64,000 bases of DNA, taken from positions 774,855 to 838,854 of the forward strand of contig CBDFJZ010000008.1 of assembly GCA_965248675.1 (NCBI GenBank), written 5' to 3'. Below are positions 35,115 through 47,298 of the stretch, one piece after another; positions within the stretch are counted from its first letter, which is position 1; each line of letters begins with the position of its first letter. This DNA comes from Dehalococcoidia bacterium. GTDB taxonomy: Bacteria > Chloroflexota > Dehalococcoidia > UBA2979. Under the pieces are notes generated by a model that was given only the letters and a program-made list of their open reading frames with translations, was not told the origin of the DNA and ran no database searches. Both the position numbers and the translations under genes were made by a program.

Positions 35115-37538
35115 TTAGATGACACCGCGTTCGTGGAGGCCGGCCAGCGCTGCCGCGTCGAGACCGAGCAGCCGTCCGTAGACCTCGGCGTTGTGCTGGC
35201 CGAGCTGGGGCGTGGGGAGCCGGATTACGCCGGGAGTCTCCGTGAGCTTCCAGGGGACGCCGTCGTAGATCTGGTCGATCGTGAGGCCGGCGGCGGTTTC
35301 CATTCGCGTATGCGCCGTTCGCAGCGCCGTGAAATTCTCGTCGTCGAGCAGGGCGGGCGAGTCCATCACCGCCGAAGCCGCGACGCCCGCGCGCTGTAGC
35401 GACTCCGTCAGCTCGGACACGTCGTGGTCGCATGTCCACGCCGCAATCGCCGCGTCGAGGTCGTCCTGGGCGTCGAGGCGGCCGCCGAGGGTAGCGAAAC
35501 GCTCGTCGCGCAGCGCGGCGACCTCGGAACCAGCGACGGCGAGCAGGCCCTGCCAGGCGTCGTCCTCGGAGGCGACGATCGCGATCCAATGATCGTCGCC
35601 GGCGCCCGGGTAGACGCCGTGTGGGGCCATGCCGGGATAGCGGTTGCCCTGCGTTGAGGCCACGCGGCCGTTGAAGAGGTAGTCGAGGATCGGTTCGGCG
35701 ATGCGCTGCATCGTCGACTCGCCCTGTGCGAGATCGATGTGCTGGCCACGGCCGGTGCGCTCTCGATACTCAAGCGCAGCACAGATCGCGACGGCACCAT
35801 GGGCGGCAGCGGTGGGATCGAGGTCCGCCGTGTCCTCGAGAGGACGAGGCTCGCCGAGGTAGCCCATCAGGCTCTTGAGGCCGTAGAGGGCGCTCAGCGA
35901 AGGGCCGTATGTGGTGAGATCGCGCCACGGGCCGGGAGTCGCGCCCGTGGCCGAGAGCGAGGCGAGGATGACGCCCGGATTCATTTCGGCCAGGACGTTG
36001 TAGGTCAGGCCGAGCGACGGCATCACCCGTGGCGCGAAGTTCTCGACAATCACGTCTGACTTCGCGACCAGCCCCAGGTAGAGGTCGCGGCCCTCGTCGG
36101 TGGTGAGGTCGACGGTGATGCCGACCTTGTCTCGATCCCAGCCGTGGTACGTGCGCGGATCGCCGTCCGGGACGCGGAGCGGCGACCGCCCGGCCATCGC
36201 GACTCCGGTTTCGCGTTTGGGGGCGCGGATCTTGATCACCTCGGCGCCGAGGTCGGCGAAGATCTTCGCCAGCAGCGGGCCAGCCCAGACGTGCCCGTGG
36301 TCGAGTATGCGGATGCCCTGCATCGGCAGCGCGCCGTCGGTCGCGGGCGTCTCAGGTCGCGGCTCGCTAGTGCGGAGGGACCAGGCGCCGCCGCCGGCCA
36401 GATCGTCGTTGTGCTCACCGAGGCGCGGCGCAGGGCGCTCGATGCGCCACGGGGTTTCGGTGAGCCGGTACGGAGCGCCGAGCGTGCGATAGGCGCCGAC
36501 CTCGGGATGCTCGGTCTCGACCCAGAAGTCGCGCGCCTCGAGGTGATCGGCGCTGACGATCTCGTCGATGGTCTGGACCGCGTGGAAGGGGAGTCGATTT
36601 TCGGCGAACGTCTTCGTGAGCTCGGCTTTCGTGCGTTCGGCGAGCCACGGGTGCCAGAGGGGATCGATCTCGTCGGCCCACTGGAAGGTCAGCCAACGGT
36701 TCTGGAGGCGCTCGTCGTCAGCCCACTCCGGGTCGCCCATCAGCTCGATGAAGCGACGCCAGTGGGCGTCGACCATCGTGACCACCTCGAAGAAGCCGTC
36801 CTTCGCGGGGACGACCTGCCAGGGGTAGAAGCCGGGGCTATGAAAGCCGGTGCGGCCGCGGTCCTCGCCGGTGAAGACGTAGCCTGCGAGGCCGGCGCCG
36901 CCCATGAAGGTGCCGATGATCTCCTGGATCGAGACCCAGGCGTGCTGCCCGTGGCCTGTGATCCGCCGCGCCCGCAGCGCGGCCAGCGCGGTGATCGCCG
37001 CGTGCACGCCGCCCTGGTAGTCGGCCGCGCAGTACGGGAGCGAGAGCGGCTCGCGCCCGGGGTCACCGATGCGCCGGGCAAGACCGGACGCCGCCATCGC
37101 GACGACCGAGCTGCCGTGCCAGTCGCGGTGCGGGGTGTCGTAGCCGAACGGGGTGATCGAGACCATCACCAGCTCAGGCGCCTCCGCGCTCAGCTCGGCG
37201 TGGCTCAGCCCGAGTGCCTCGAGGCGGCTCGGCGGCAGATTGTGCAGCACCAGGTCCGCCCGGCGCGCGAGGTCCCGGACGCGCTCGCGATCCTCGGGAC
37301 GATCGAGGTCGGCGGTGATCCCACGCTTGCTGGCGTTCAGGAAGAGGTGGAGCGCGCCCGCCTCGGGGTTCGGCTCGTCGCCGGGGAACGGGCCGTGCCG
37401 GCGCACGCTGTCGCCGCCCGGCGGCTCGACCTTGACGACGTCGGCGCCGAGGTCGGCGAGCAGCTTCGTGCCGTAGGCGGCGGAGATGAAGTCTCCGAGT
37501 TCGAGCACCCGCAAGCCGTCGAACGCTCGGTCGGGCAT
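35115..37538 (-). CDS. tandem double-module family-III CoA-transferase, 807 aa
   Basis: Module openings LRVLELGDFISAAYGTKLLADLGADVVKVEPP and IRILDHGHVWAGPLLAKIFADLGAEVIKIRAP, with an LGQHNAEVY tail. Confidence 0.85.
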   Translation of the reverse strand: MPDRAFDGLRVLELGDFISAAYGTKLLADLGADVVKVEPPGGDSVRRHGPFPGDEPNPEAGALHLFLNASKRGITADLDRPEDRERVRDLARRADLVLHNLPPSRLEALGLSHAELSAEAPELVMVSITPFGYDTPHRDWHGSSVVAMAASGLARRIGDPGREPLSLPYCAADYQGGVHAAITALAALRARRITGHGQHAWVSIQEIIGTFMGGAGLAGYVFTGEDRGRTGFHSPGFYPWQVVPAKDGFFEVVTMVDAHWRRFIELMGDPEWADDERLQNRWLTFQWADEIDPLWHPWLAERTKAELTKTFAENRLPFHAVQTIDEIVSADHLEARDFWVETEHPEVGAYRTLGAPYRLTETPWRIERPAPRLGEHNDDLAGGGAWSLRTSEPRPETPATDGALPMQGIRILDHGHVWAGPLLAKIFADLGAEVIKIRAPKRETGVAMAGRSPLRVPDGDPRTYHGWDRDKVGITVDLTTDEGRDLYLGLVAKSDVIVENFAPRVMPSLGLTYNVLAEMNPGVILASLSATGATPGPWRDLTTYGPSLSALYGLKSLMGYLGEPRPLEDTADLDPTAAAHGAVAICAALEYRERTGRGQHIDLAQGESTMQRIAEPILDYLFNGRVASTQGNRYPGMAPHGVYPGAGDDHWIAIVASEDDAWQGLLAVAGSEVAALRDERFATLGGRLDAQDDLDAAIAAWTCDHDVSELTESLQRAGVAASAVMDSPALLDDENFTALRTAHTRMETAAGLTIDQIYDGVPWKLTETPGVIRLPTPQLGQHNAEVYGRLLGLDAAALAGLHERGVI

Positions 37539-37557
37539 CGTGGAGTCCGCTCGGAGA

Positions 37558-38436
37558 CTAGTTGTCGGTGAAGTTCGGCTTGCGCTTCTCCGAGAAGGCG
37601 GTTGGACCCTCGACGGAATCCTGCATGCCGACGAGGTTTTGCTCCAGCGAGCGTCCGAACGAGTCGGCCATCATCGGCTCGAGGTAGTAGCCGCGGTAGA
37701 TCGCTTCTTTGTTGTTGCGGACCGCCCGCGGCGCCATCGACAGTGCGCGCCGGGCGTAGTCCATGGCGGTGTCCATGAGCTCCTCGGCAGGGACGACGCG
37801 CTGCGCCCAGCCGATCTGGTAGCAGCGTTCGGCGGTGTACTGGGTGTCGCCCCAGAGGATCAATTCGAGCGCGGAGCCGAGGCCGATCTGGCGGGTGACC
37901 GGGATCATCCAGCCGGCGCCGCCCATGTTCCAGCGCACCTCGGCGATGCCGACGCGGGCATGTTCGGCGAGGATCCGGATGTCGCACTGCATGGCGTACA
38001 TGAAGCCACCGGCGACCGCAAAACCGTTGACTGCGGCGATCGTGGGCTTCCAGAGGTTCATCCCCTCCGAGAGCGGCACGATGTTCTTGTTCGTCCGCGG
38101 AGCGCGGTAGCCGCTAGCTGAGTCGCCGTTGGACTGGGCTTTGCGAGTTTCCGACGTGGCGATCAGGTCCGCACCCGCGCAGAAGGCGCGGTCACCGGCG
38201 CCGGTGAGGATCGCGACGCGCGCCGTCGGGTCGTCGCGGAAGGCGGCGAACGCGTCGTAGAGCGCCTCGCCGAGGCCGTCGCCGATCGAGTTGAGGCGAT
38301 GCGGGCGGTTCATCGTGATCACGTGGATCTGACCGCCCTCTTCCTTGTCGACCTTGACGACCGGGCCGAAGGTCTCCTGGGGCGTGTCGCGATCATGCTT
38401 CGCCGGGTCGTACGTCTCGTACTCGGTGGTGGTCAT
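37558..38436 (-). CDS. enoyl-CoA hydratase/isomerase (crotonase family)
   Basis: Start ATG 38436 behind GAGGAG (MTTTEYETYDP...). It has ITMNRPHRLNS, ILTGAGDRAFCAGADL and the C-terminal EGPTAFSEKRKPNF. Confidence 0.85.
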   Translation of the reverse strand: MTTTEYETYDPAKHDRDTPQETFGPVVKVDKEEGGQIHVITMNRPHRLNSIGDGLGEALYDAFAAFRDDPTARVAILTGAGDRAFCAGADLIATSETRKAQSNGDSASGYRAPRTNKNIVPLSEGMNLWKPTIAAVNGFAVAGGFMYAMQCDIRILAEHARVGIAEVRWNMGGAGWMIPVTRQIGLGSALELILWGDTQYTAERCYQIGWAQRVVPAEELMDTAMDYARRALSMAPRAVRNNKEAIYRGYYLEPMMADSFGRSLEQNLVGMQDSVEGPTAFSEKRKPNFTDN

Positions 38437-38613
38437 CTCTAGCTCCTCGTCGCCGGCGACCGGGCTGGGCCGGCCGCGGGGAATCACGCGCGCAATGTAC
38501 ATCGCGCCGCTGGTGATCGCGGGGAGGACCCCCCGGCGACAGCGCCGGCCGGTTGCCGCGGCCGCCCCACGAGCGCCATGCTGCGCTGGCGATCGGACCA
38601 CAAGGAGCACGAC

Positions 38614-39798
38614 ATGACCACCTCAGCGCCACCGAGCGGGCGGCTCCGCTTCGGGATTTTCCTGGCCCCGTTCCACCCCGTCGAGGAAGACCCGACGGCT
38701 GCGATCGACCGTGACCTGGAGCTGGTGGAACACCTCGATCAGCTCGGCTACGACGAGGTGTGGGTCGGAGAGCACCACTCCGGGGGTTACGAGATCATCG
38801 CGTCGCCGGAGGTGTTCATCGCAGCGGCCGCGGAGCGAACGAAGCAGATCCGCCTCGGAACCGGGGTGGTGTCGCTGCCGTATCACCACCCGTTCATGGT
38901 TGCGGACCGGATGGTGCAGCTCGATCACATGACGCGGGGCCGGGCGATGTTCGGGATGGGGCCCGGAGCTCTGGCCGGCGACGCCTACCGGATGGGGATC
39001 GACCCGCGCGACCAGCGGCGGATGATGAACGAGGCGATCGATGCGATCATCCCGTTGGTCGATGGTGAGACCGTCACCGCAAAGACGGACTGGTTCGAGC
39101 TGCGTGAGGCGCGGCTACAGCTCCCGTCCTACAGCCAGCCGCGCCTCGAGATGGCGGTCGCGTCGGCGAAGTCGCCGGCGGGGGCGCTCGCCGCCGGGCG
39201 GCACGGCCTCGGGATGCTGTCGATCGGTGGGACGTCGGACGAGGCGCTGGAGGCTCACGTCCACAACTGGCGTGTGTACGAGGAGTCAGCGGCCGAGCAC
39301 GGCCAGATCGCCGACCGCGCGATCTGGCGGTTGGTGAGCTTCGCCCATATCGCTGATACGCGGGAGCAGGCCCGTGAGAACGTACGGTTCGGCCTCGAGC
39401 GGTGGGCGCAGTACTTCCGCGACGTGACGACGTTCCCGATCGTGCCGGACTCGATCGACGACGCGCTGGAGTTTCTCGTCGAACAAAAGATGGCGGTGAT
39501 CGGTACCCCCGACGACGCGATCGCGCACATCGAGAAACTGCTCGTGGGCACGGGCGGGTTTGGCGCGTTCATGGAGCTGGCGCACAACTGGGCTGACTTT
39601 GCCGCGACAAGACGACACTACGAGCTGATGGCGCGCTACGTGGTGCCGCACTTCCAGCAGAAGAACGAGCTGCGTCGCGCGAGTTACGACTACAGCCTCG
39701 AGAATCGCGAGGCGTTCGTCGGGTTCGCCGCGGAAGCGGTGCAGAACGAGATCGACAGGCTCGAGGCGAAGCGGGCGGCCGCGGCGGGCGACGACTAG
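38614..39798 (+). CDS. LLM-class flavin-dependent monooxygenase (LimB/alkanal-monooxygenase-like)
   Basis: Start ATG 38614 behind AAGGAG. It has RFGIFLAPFHP, VWVGEHHSGGYE and GRAMFGMGPG, typical of the luciferase-like family. Confidence 0.85.
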   Translation: MTTSAPPSGRLRFGIFLAPFHPVEEDPTAAIDRDLELVEHLDQLGYDEVWVGEHHSGGYEIIASPEVFIAAAAERTKQIRLGTGVVSLPYHHPFMVADRMVQLDHMTRGRAMFGMGPGALAGDAYRMGIDPRDQRRMMNEAIDAIIPLVDGETVTAKTDWFELREARLQLPSYSQPRLEMAVASAKSPAGALAAGRHGLGMLSIGGTSDEALEAHVHNWRVYEESAAEHGQIADRAIWRLVSFAHIADTREQARENVRFGLERWAQYFRDVTTFPIVPDSIDDALEFLVEQKMAVIGTPDDAIAHIEKLLVGTGGFGAFMELAHNWADFAATRRHYELMARYVVPHFQQKNELRRASYDYSLENREAFVGFAAEAVQNEIDRLEAKRAAAAGDD

Positions 39799-40001
39799 CG
39801 GGGACCGCGCGGGACTCAGGCGGCGGCAGCGTCCGCTCGGTCGCTCCCTCGGCGCGTAGGTATCCCATCAAGCGATGGTGCGGCGCCGGACGAGCCGCGG
39901 GTATCGGTGTGGATCCTGAGCGGGAGCGGGCGCGGACAGCGAGGCGTTCGCTGATCCCGAGCCGGACGGAGTCGCTGCAGACGTGTTCGGAGGGTCGGCG
40001 C

Positions 40002-41006
40002 CTACGCGGCCTCCTCCTCCGGTTCGGCGTCCTCGGCAGCGGGGCCGTCCGCCTCCGGATCGGGCTCGAGGTCCATGTCCAATTCGACGTCGTCCTCCGA
40101 GGCGGCGGTGCCTTCGATGGGCTCGTGTTCGGCTGGCGCGAATTCGATGGGCTGCGAATGGGCCCCGTCCGGCTCGGACGCGGCTTCCGCCTCGGCCGTG
40201 GGGGACTCAGGCTCGGGCTCCGCTTCGGGCTCCGCCCCGGCGGTGGGGGCCTCGGGCGCGTCGGGCTCGGACTCGGCTTCCGCCTCGGCGGTGGGGGCCT
40301 CGGGCGCGTCGGGCTCGGACTCGACTTCGGCCTCGGCCGTCGGGACCTCGGGCTCGTCGGGCTCGGACTCGGACGCGACGGCCGGAACTTCGTCCGCCTC
40401 GGCGGTGGGCTCGGCGAGCTCCTCGTCTGCCTCGCCCTCGGTCGCCTCGTCCGTCTCGTCGTCGGCCGCTTCCGGCTCATCGACGATCTCGGTCGCGAAC
40501 ACCTTGGCCTTGAAGCTCCGCAGGGACTCCACCGAGAGCGCCTCGTCAAGATCGAGCAGCATCAGCAGGGTGTCGTTGACCTGCGCGATGCCGTCCAGGT
40601 ATGAGCTGTCGGGGCGAGCGGCAATCGAAGCGACGTCCGAGATCGAGTCCTGAGGTACGCGCAGCACCACCATCACCTCGTCGACGAACACGCCGATGTC
40701 GGCGGCGCCGGTGTCGAGAACGATGATCCGGCTCGCGTCGGTCTCCTCGGCGATGCTCAGGTTCAGGCGCCGGCAGAGGTCGACCACCGGGATCGTGCGC
40801 CCGCGCAGATTGATCAGGCCTTCGACGGAATCAGGCGCCGAGGGCACGCGGGTGACGGTCTGGCGCCGGATGATCTCGCGGACGGTGCCGATGTCGACGC
40901 CGTAGCGCTCGGTGGAGAGCCGGAAAACGACGACCTGGCGGTCAGAGTCTTGCCCTGCTTCGTGCGATCCGACGTCGCCGTCCGTCTGTGCGATCTCAGT
41001 GGTCAC
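40002..41006 (-). CDS. cheW: CheW-domain coupling protein with an about 170-aa acidic, repetitive C-terminal extension
   Basis: GTG 41006 behind GGAGGG. The CheW core is VVVFRLSTERYGVDIGTVREI...GLINLRGRTIPVVDL...GIFVDEV. The tail is E/D/P/A-rich with PTAEAEAESEPDAPEA repeats. Confidence 0.85.
   Translation of the reverse strand: MTTEIAQTDGDVGSHEAGQDSDRQVVVFRLSTERYGVDIGTVREIIRRQTVTRVPSAPDSVEGLINLRGRTIPVVDLCRRLNLSIAEETDASRIIVLDTGAADIGVFVDEVMVVLRVPQDSISDVASIAARPDSSYLDGIAQVNDTLLMLLDLDEALSVESLRSFKAKVFATEIVDEPEAADDETDEATEGEADEELAEPTAEADEVPAVASESEPDEPEVPTAEAEVESEPDAPEAPTAEAEAESEPDAPEAPTAGAEPEAEPEPESPTAEAEAASEPDGAHSQPIEFAPAEHEPIEGTAASEDDVELDMDLEPDPEADGPAAEDAEPEEEAA
40193..40384 (-). repeat. 48-bp tandem repeat (2 near-identical plus 2 degenerate units) encoding the acidic CheW tail
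   Basis: Units 40241-40288 and 40289-40336 share cggtgggggcctcgggcgcgtcgggctcggactcg exactly. The flanking units are degenerate copies. Confidence 0.85.
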
Positions 41007-41309
41007 CGTCCCGACCCTCCGTCTGCGCGCCGTTGGCGCTCGATCACGACCAGCCCTGGATCAAGGGCGGCTGGTTCCGCCGTGTCATTGGGGCTCCTCG
41101 CCGGCATCGCCCTCCGCGAACGGCCGGTCGCTGCGGACCACAGCCGCGGATGGCGAGCAGACCGGGTGGAAGGCGCGCCGAGCCGCCGGCAACCGCGCTG
41201 TCGAAACGGCATGAAGCTACGGTGCGGGACGCTCAATGATCCTGGCATCAGCGGCGCCCCTGACGGAGGCGAGCCGAGCTGCCTGGCCCCGCCTCGACAT
41301 CACGCCCGC

Positions 41310-41340
41310 CGCGGACCGGGGGTGGCTTCCCCGGTCCGCG
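41310..41340. other. perfect 12-bp GC-rich stem-loop in the cheW-mcp spacer
   Basis: cgcggaccgggg (41310-41321), loop gtggctt, ccccggtccgcg (41329-41340). There is no U-tract on either strand. Confidence 0.5.
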
Positions 41341-41805
41341 CCTACAACTCCATCGGCAGGGACTGGTCGTCCTCGCCAGCGGCGGGGGCGCCCTGAAGCA
41401 GGGACTGTCCCTCCGGCGCCCTCGCCCCGGACGCAGCGGGTTCGAGACCTTGAGCCCTGGCGTCATGCCGCGGGTGAACGGGCGCGTCCTGCTCAGCTCG
41501 TGCTGAGCGCGCGCTGACTTGTCGCTGATGACTCGTGCCGTGAACACCCTTTGTCAGGGTGCTCCCGGAATCGGGGCACGCACGGTCCCGAGACAGTAGG
41601 ACTACGCGGCGAATCGCGAGGTGTGCCGCTGGGTATCGCGAGCCGGAGGGCGCGCCGTGGCTGGCGCGAGAGCAAGGATGACTCCGAATGAGCGATCGGA
41701 CCAGACTTCAAGATTCCTGGCACGACGCCTCGATCGCCGGGCACCGCTAGCGAACGTTGAACATCGGGCCCGTCGGGCGAGACCGCGCGAGCCGCGGGAA
41801 AGTAA

Positions 41806-43974
<2,169 letters not shown>

Positions 43975-44002
43975 CGACCGAGCCTCGGAAGCGAGCATGA
44001 CA

Positions 44003-44032
44003 AGAGAGCCGCCCCGACCCGGGCGGCTCTCT
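44003..44032. terminator. stem-loop 29 nt after the MCP stop (possible factor-independent terminator without U-tract)
   Basis: agagagccgccc (44003-44014), loop cgaccc, gggcggctctct (44021-44032): a perfect 12-bp stem. Confidence 0.45.
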
Positions 44033-44044
44033 GCTGTCCGGATC

Positions 44045-44694
44045 GCGACACGGGCGGCTCAGCTCGAACGGCGACCAGCCGAGCTCCGCGGCGAGGTCGG
44101 CGAGCCGGAGACGGTCCGGAAGGAGCAGCGCGATCAGCTCCTTCGCGTCTTCGGCGAGCTCACGGTGGACACGCCTCGTTGCAGCGCGCGTGAGCCGGCC
44201 CGGCGGACCCTTGGGCAGCGGTGAGCTGAGCAGGTCAGATGCGATGTGCAGCGCGCGCTCCTCGATCGAGAGCACGCGGTCGGGATCGCCAGCATCCGCG
44301 GCGAGCTCGCGCAGCAGGGTCCAATGCTCGCGGAATGCGTCGGCGCTGACCGCTCGCACCGTCCACGGGGGCTTGGGTACGGCGGACTGATCGTCGGGGT
44401 GTTCGTCAGCGCCCGGAGGCTTCGCTCAGGCAGGCTGAACACGGTGCACGCGTCCGCCTCACCGTCCGGGTGACGAGTCTCGTACTCGAGGCCCTCGCGG
44501 AGCAGCAGCACGCTGTTCGCGTCCGCGATGTGTTCCCGGCCGCGCGCCCGATAGCCGAACAACCCTGTCCGAACGAGGCAGAGCTGCGTCCCGTTCACGA
44601 CCTCGATGTTGCCCTCGCCGTTGCGGCCGGAGCAGCGGAAGTCGCGCACGCCGATGGCGGCACTGCCGAACAGCTCACGTTCGCCGGCCGACAT
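44045..44694 (-). pseudogene. AraC-family regulator remnant: one frameshift and 3' truncation after the first HTH
   Basis: The N-terminal sensor part (MSAGERELFG...DACTVFSLPERSLRAL) is in one frame. The continuation (VRAVSADAFREHW...ELAEDAKELIALLLPDRLRLADLAAELGWSPFELSR) is in another. Homology stops at about 44050, next to the MCP terminator hairpin, and the second HTH is absent. Confidence 0.55.
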
Positions 44695-44802
44695 GGATAT
44701 CCCTCTGGTCCTTCGCGATCAGTCTCCCAGTGTGGCATCAGACGGCGGCTGGACGGCTGTCGGTTTCTTGCGCAAGCGCGGTCGCGGTCCGCGGCCTTCG
44801 CT

Positions 44803-47217
44803 ATGCTCCCGCCGATGCCAGATGCCACGGAGCGGCGCCCGCTGACCGGAGTTCGCGTGATTGAGGTCGCCGACGAGTCGGCGGCATACGGGACGCGGCT
44901 GCTCGCCGATCTCGGCGCCGAGGTGGTGATGGTCGAACCGCCGGGCGGCGCGCCGGTGCGGCGCCTGGCGCCCTTCGTCGACGGCTGTGACGACGGCGAG
45001 CACGGCTACGAGCATCAGCAGCTGAACGCGAACAAACGCTCGGTGCGACTCGACCTCGGTGACGACAACGGGCGCGGGCGATTCCTGGACCTGCTCGCGA
45101 GCGCGGACGTGCTGGTCGATGCCGGCCCCGGCCGGGTGCTTCCCGAGCCCCTGTCGGACGCCGCGTTGCGGCAGTCACGCCCGGACCTGGTGCGCGTGTC
45201 GGTGCGGCCGTATGGCCTCGAGGGGCCGTGGGCGGGACGCACGGGTGACAACCTGACAGCGCTCGCCTCGGGTGGGCTGCTGTGGCTGACCGGGGATCCC
45301 GCCGATCCGCCGACGAACGGGCCGGTGGACTGCGCGTACAAGTTGACCGGGCACACGGTCACGACCGCGGTAATGATGGCGCTGCACGCCCGCGACCGCG
45401 ACGGAACCGGTGCGCACGTCCACATCTCCGCGCAAGAAGCGGTGATCTTCTCGATCACGCAGACCGCGAATCCCAACATGTACTCGCAGCGCCGTCACGT
45501 GCCGGCGCGGCCGGGCCTGTCGAACGCCCTCCAATGCGGCGACGGCGGCTGGGCCGGCGCGAACGTACGGAACGATCAGTTCGGAGCGTTCCTGAAGCTG
45601 ATTAGCGCTGCCGGCGTCGAGCACGACCTCGGCCCGGATGATTGGCAGCGCGGCGCCCAGGGTGCAAGCTCCCTCAACAATCTGAACATCCGGCTCGCGA
45701 AGCAGTATGCCGCGACGGTCTCGCGCGACGAGTTCGTGGAGCGAATGCGCGCCGCCGGCCAGGTGGTGATGCCGAACTACGACCTCGAAGATGTCGCGCG
45801 CGAGCCGCACTACCGGGATTCGGAGCAGTTCGTCGAGGTCAGCGACGCGGCAACCGGCGGGACGCTGAGCATCCCTCGAAGCCCGATCGCGGACCTCGGA
45901 ATCCCGGTCGAGCTGCGGCCCGCGCCGCGCCTCGGCGAGGCGGACGCGATCCTCAAGGGGCTGGCGGCGGCTCGCCCTGCTCCGCCGCCGCCAGCGGCGA
46001 GCGACGCGGGCCAGCTGCTGGCCGGCCTCCGGGTGATCGAGCTGACCTGGGTGCTGGCCGGACCGATCGCCGGACGGATGCTGGCGGACCACGGAGCCGA
46101 GGTGATCCGCATCGAATCGCGCGTGCGGCCGGACGGGCTGCGGAACGCGTTGCTCGCCGACGGGACACGGAACCCGGACCTGCCCGGCCTCTGGAACTGC
46201 GCGAACACCGGCAAGCGGTCTTTGACGCTCGACCTCACGCAGGAGCGGTCGAAGGAAATCTTGCGCGACGTGATCGCGACCGCGGACCTCGTGATCGACA
46301 ACTACGCGCTCGGTTCGTTCGATCGGATGGGTCTCGACTACGCGACGCTATCGGCGCGGAATCCGGGGCTGATCGTAGTGCACATGCCGGGGTGCGGCGA
46401 CCGCGGGCGGTGGGCGAAGGAACGCACGCTCGGCAACCTGCTGATGGCCGCGTCCGGGATCAACTCGCTGATGGGATTCGAGGACCGTGAACCTCGGGGC
46501 GTCGGCATTGCCTACCCGGACTTCATCGCGCCGCATGTGCTGGTCACGCTCGCGCTGGCCGCGGTCCGCGAGCGGCAGCGCACCGGCCGCGGCCGCGAAA
46601 TCACGATCAACCAGCTCGGTGCGACGGTGTCGCTCCTCGGCACGGCGTGGATGCGCTATGCCCGCGACGGGACGCTGGCGCCGCGTCCGGGCAACCGCAG
46701 CTTCAACGCCGCGCCGCACGGTGTCTTCCCAACGGCGGGCGACGACCGATGGATCGCCTTCGCGGCTCACGACGACGAGCAGTGGCGCGCGCTCGCCGCG
46801 GCGATCGGGCAGCCTGGACTGGCCGACGACGAACGGTTCGCCTCGTTCGAGGCGCGGAAGGCGAACGAGGACGAGCTCGAGGCGTTGATCGCGGCGTGGA
46901 CGGGGAGCGAGGACCGCTGGGAGCTGGCCGAGCGGCTGCAGGGCCTCGGGATTCCCGCGGCCGCGGTCGAGGACCTAGAGGACTCGGTCACCCGCGATCC
47001 ACAGCTCGCGCGGCACTACCAGACGAAGCGGCAACCGGTGGCGCCTGACCTCGAGATCCTCGTCGACTCGGAGCCGATCCGGCTCGTCGGCGGCGTGGAG
47101 CATGAGCTCGAGCGCGCGCCGGGGCTCGGCGAGCACAACGAGTACGTGCTCCGGGAGATCCTCGGGCTGTCGATGGCGGAGTTCGACCGACTCGTGATCG
47201 ACGGGATCGTGAACTAG
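44803..47217 (+). CDS. tandem double-module family-III CoA-transferase, about 804 aa
   Basis: Start ATG 44803 (or 44815); the track ORF from 44470 is an antisense-of-AraC extension. Module openings are VRVIEVADESAAYGTRLLADLGAEVVMVEPP and LRVIELTWVLAGPIAGRMLADHGAEVIRIES, with an LGEHNEYVL tail. Confidence 0.85.
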   Translation: MLPPMPDATERRPLTGVRVIEVADESAAYGTRLLADLGAEVVMVEPPGGAPVRRLAPFVDGCDDGEHGYEHQQLNANKRSVRLDLGDDNGRGRFLDLLASADVLVDAGPGRVLPEPLSDAALRQSRPDLVRVSVRPYGLEGPWAGRTGDNLTALASGGLLWLTGDPADPPTNGPVDCAYKLTGHTVTTAVMMALHARDRDGTGAHVHISAQEAVIFSITQTANPNMYSQRRHVPARPGLSNALQCGDGGWAGANVRNDQFGAFLKLISAAGVEHDLGPDDWQRGAQGASSLNNLNIRLAKQYAATVSRDEFVERMRAAGQVVMPNYDLEDVAREPHYRDSEQFVEVSDAATGGTLSIPRSPIADLGIPVELRPAPRLGEADAILKGLAAARPAPPPPAASDAGQLLAGLRVIELTWVLAGPIAGRMLADHGAEVIRIESRVRPDGLRNALLADGTRNPDLPGLWNCANTGKRSLTLDLTQERSKEILRDVIATADLVIDNYALGSFDRMGLDYATLSARNPGLIVVHMPGCGDRGRWAKERTLGNLLMAASGINSLMGFEDREPRGVGIAYPDFIAPHVLVTLALAAVRERQRTGRGREITINQLGATVSLLGTAWMRYARDGTLAPRPGNRSFNAAPHGVFPTAGDDRWIAFAAHDDEQWRALAAAIGQPGLADDERFASFEARKANEDELEALIAAWTGSEDRWELAERLQGLGIPAAAVEDLEDSVTRDPQLARHYQTKRQPVAPDLEILVDSEPIRLVGGVEHELERAPGLGEHNEYVLREILGLSMAEFDRLVIDGIVN

Positions 47218-47298
47218 CCGTTCGTGACGCGGGTCTCAGGCGCAGGTGCCCTCGGCGTTGCGGTGCCGCCCACGAGGCGGAGCGGCCGGGGGTGCCCG

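Noticed and set aside
40193-40384. Possibility that the 48-bp repeats (or the 15-bp repeats at 21596-21655) are a CRISPR array
   Set aside because: The repeats are directly tandem with no unique spacers. They are in frame inside coding sequences, and no cas genes are present.
39569-40549. 326-aa Pro/Ser/Arg-rich repetitive ORF (and plus-strand ORFs 39909-40653) over the cheW tail
   Set aside because: These are alternative frames of the 48-bp tandem repeat. The frame continuous with the CheW domain (the acidic tail) is the one with a start, an RBS and a domain.
41718-41732. Sigma-54-like promoter TGGCACG-N4-... upstream of the MCP gene
   Set aside because: The -24 element matches, but the -12 element reads CTCG instead of TTGC (GC dinucleotide missing). 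No enhancer-binding protein gene is nearby.
44470-44802. 5' extension of the third fused CoA-transferase (track ORF starts at 44470)
   Set aside because: The extension is antisense to the AraC remnant and has no homology to the N-termini of the two paralogues. Those align from the Met at 44803/44815.
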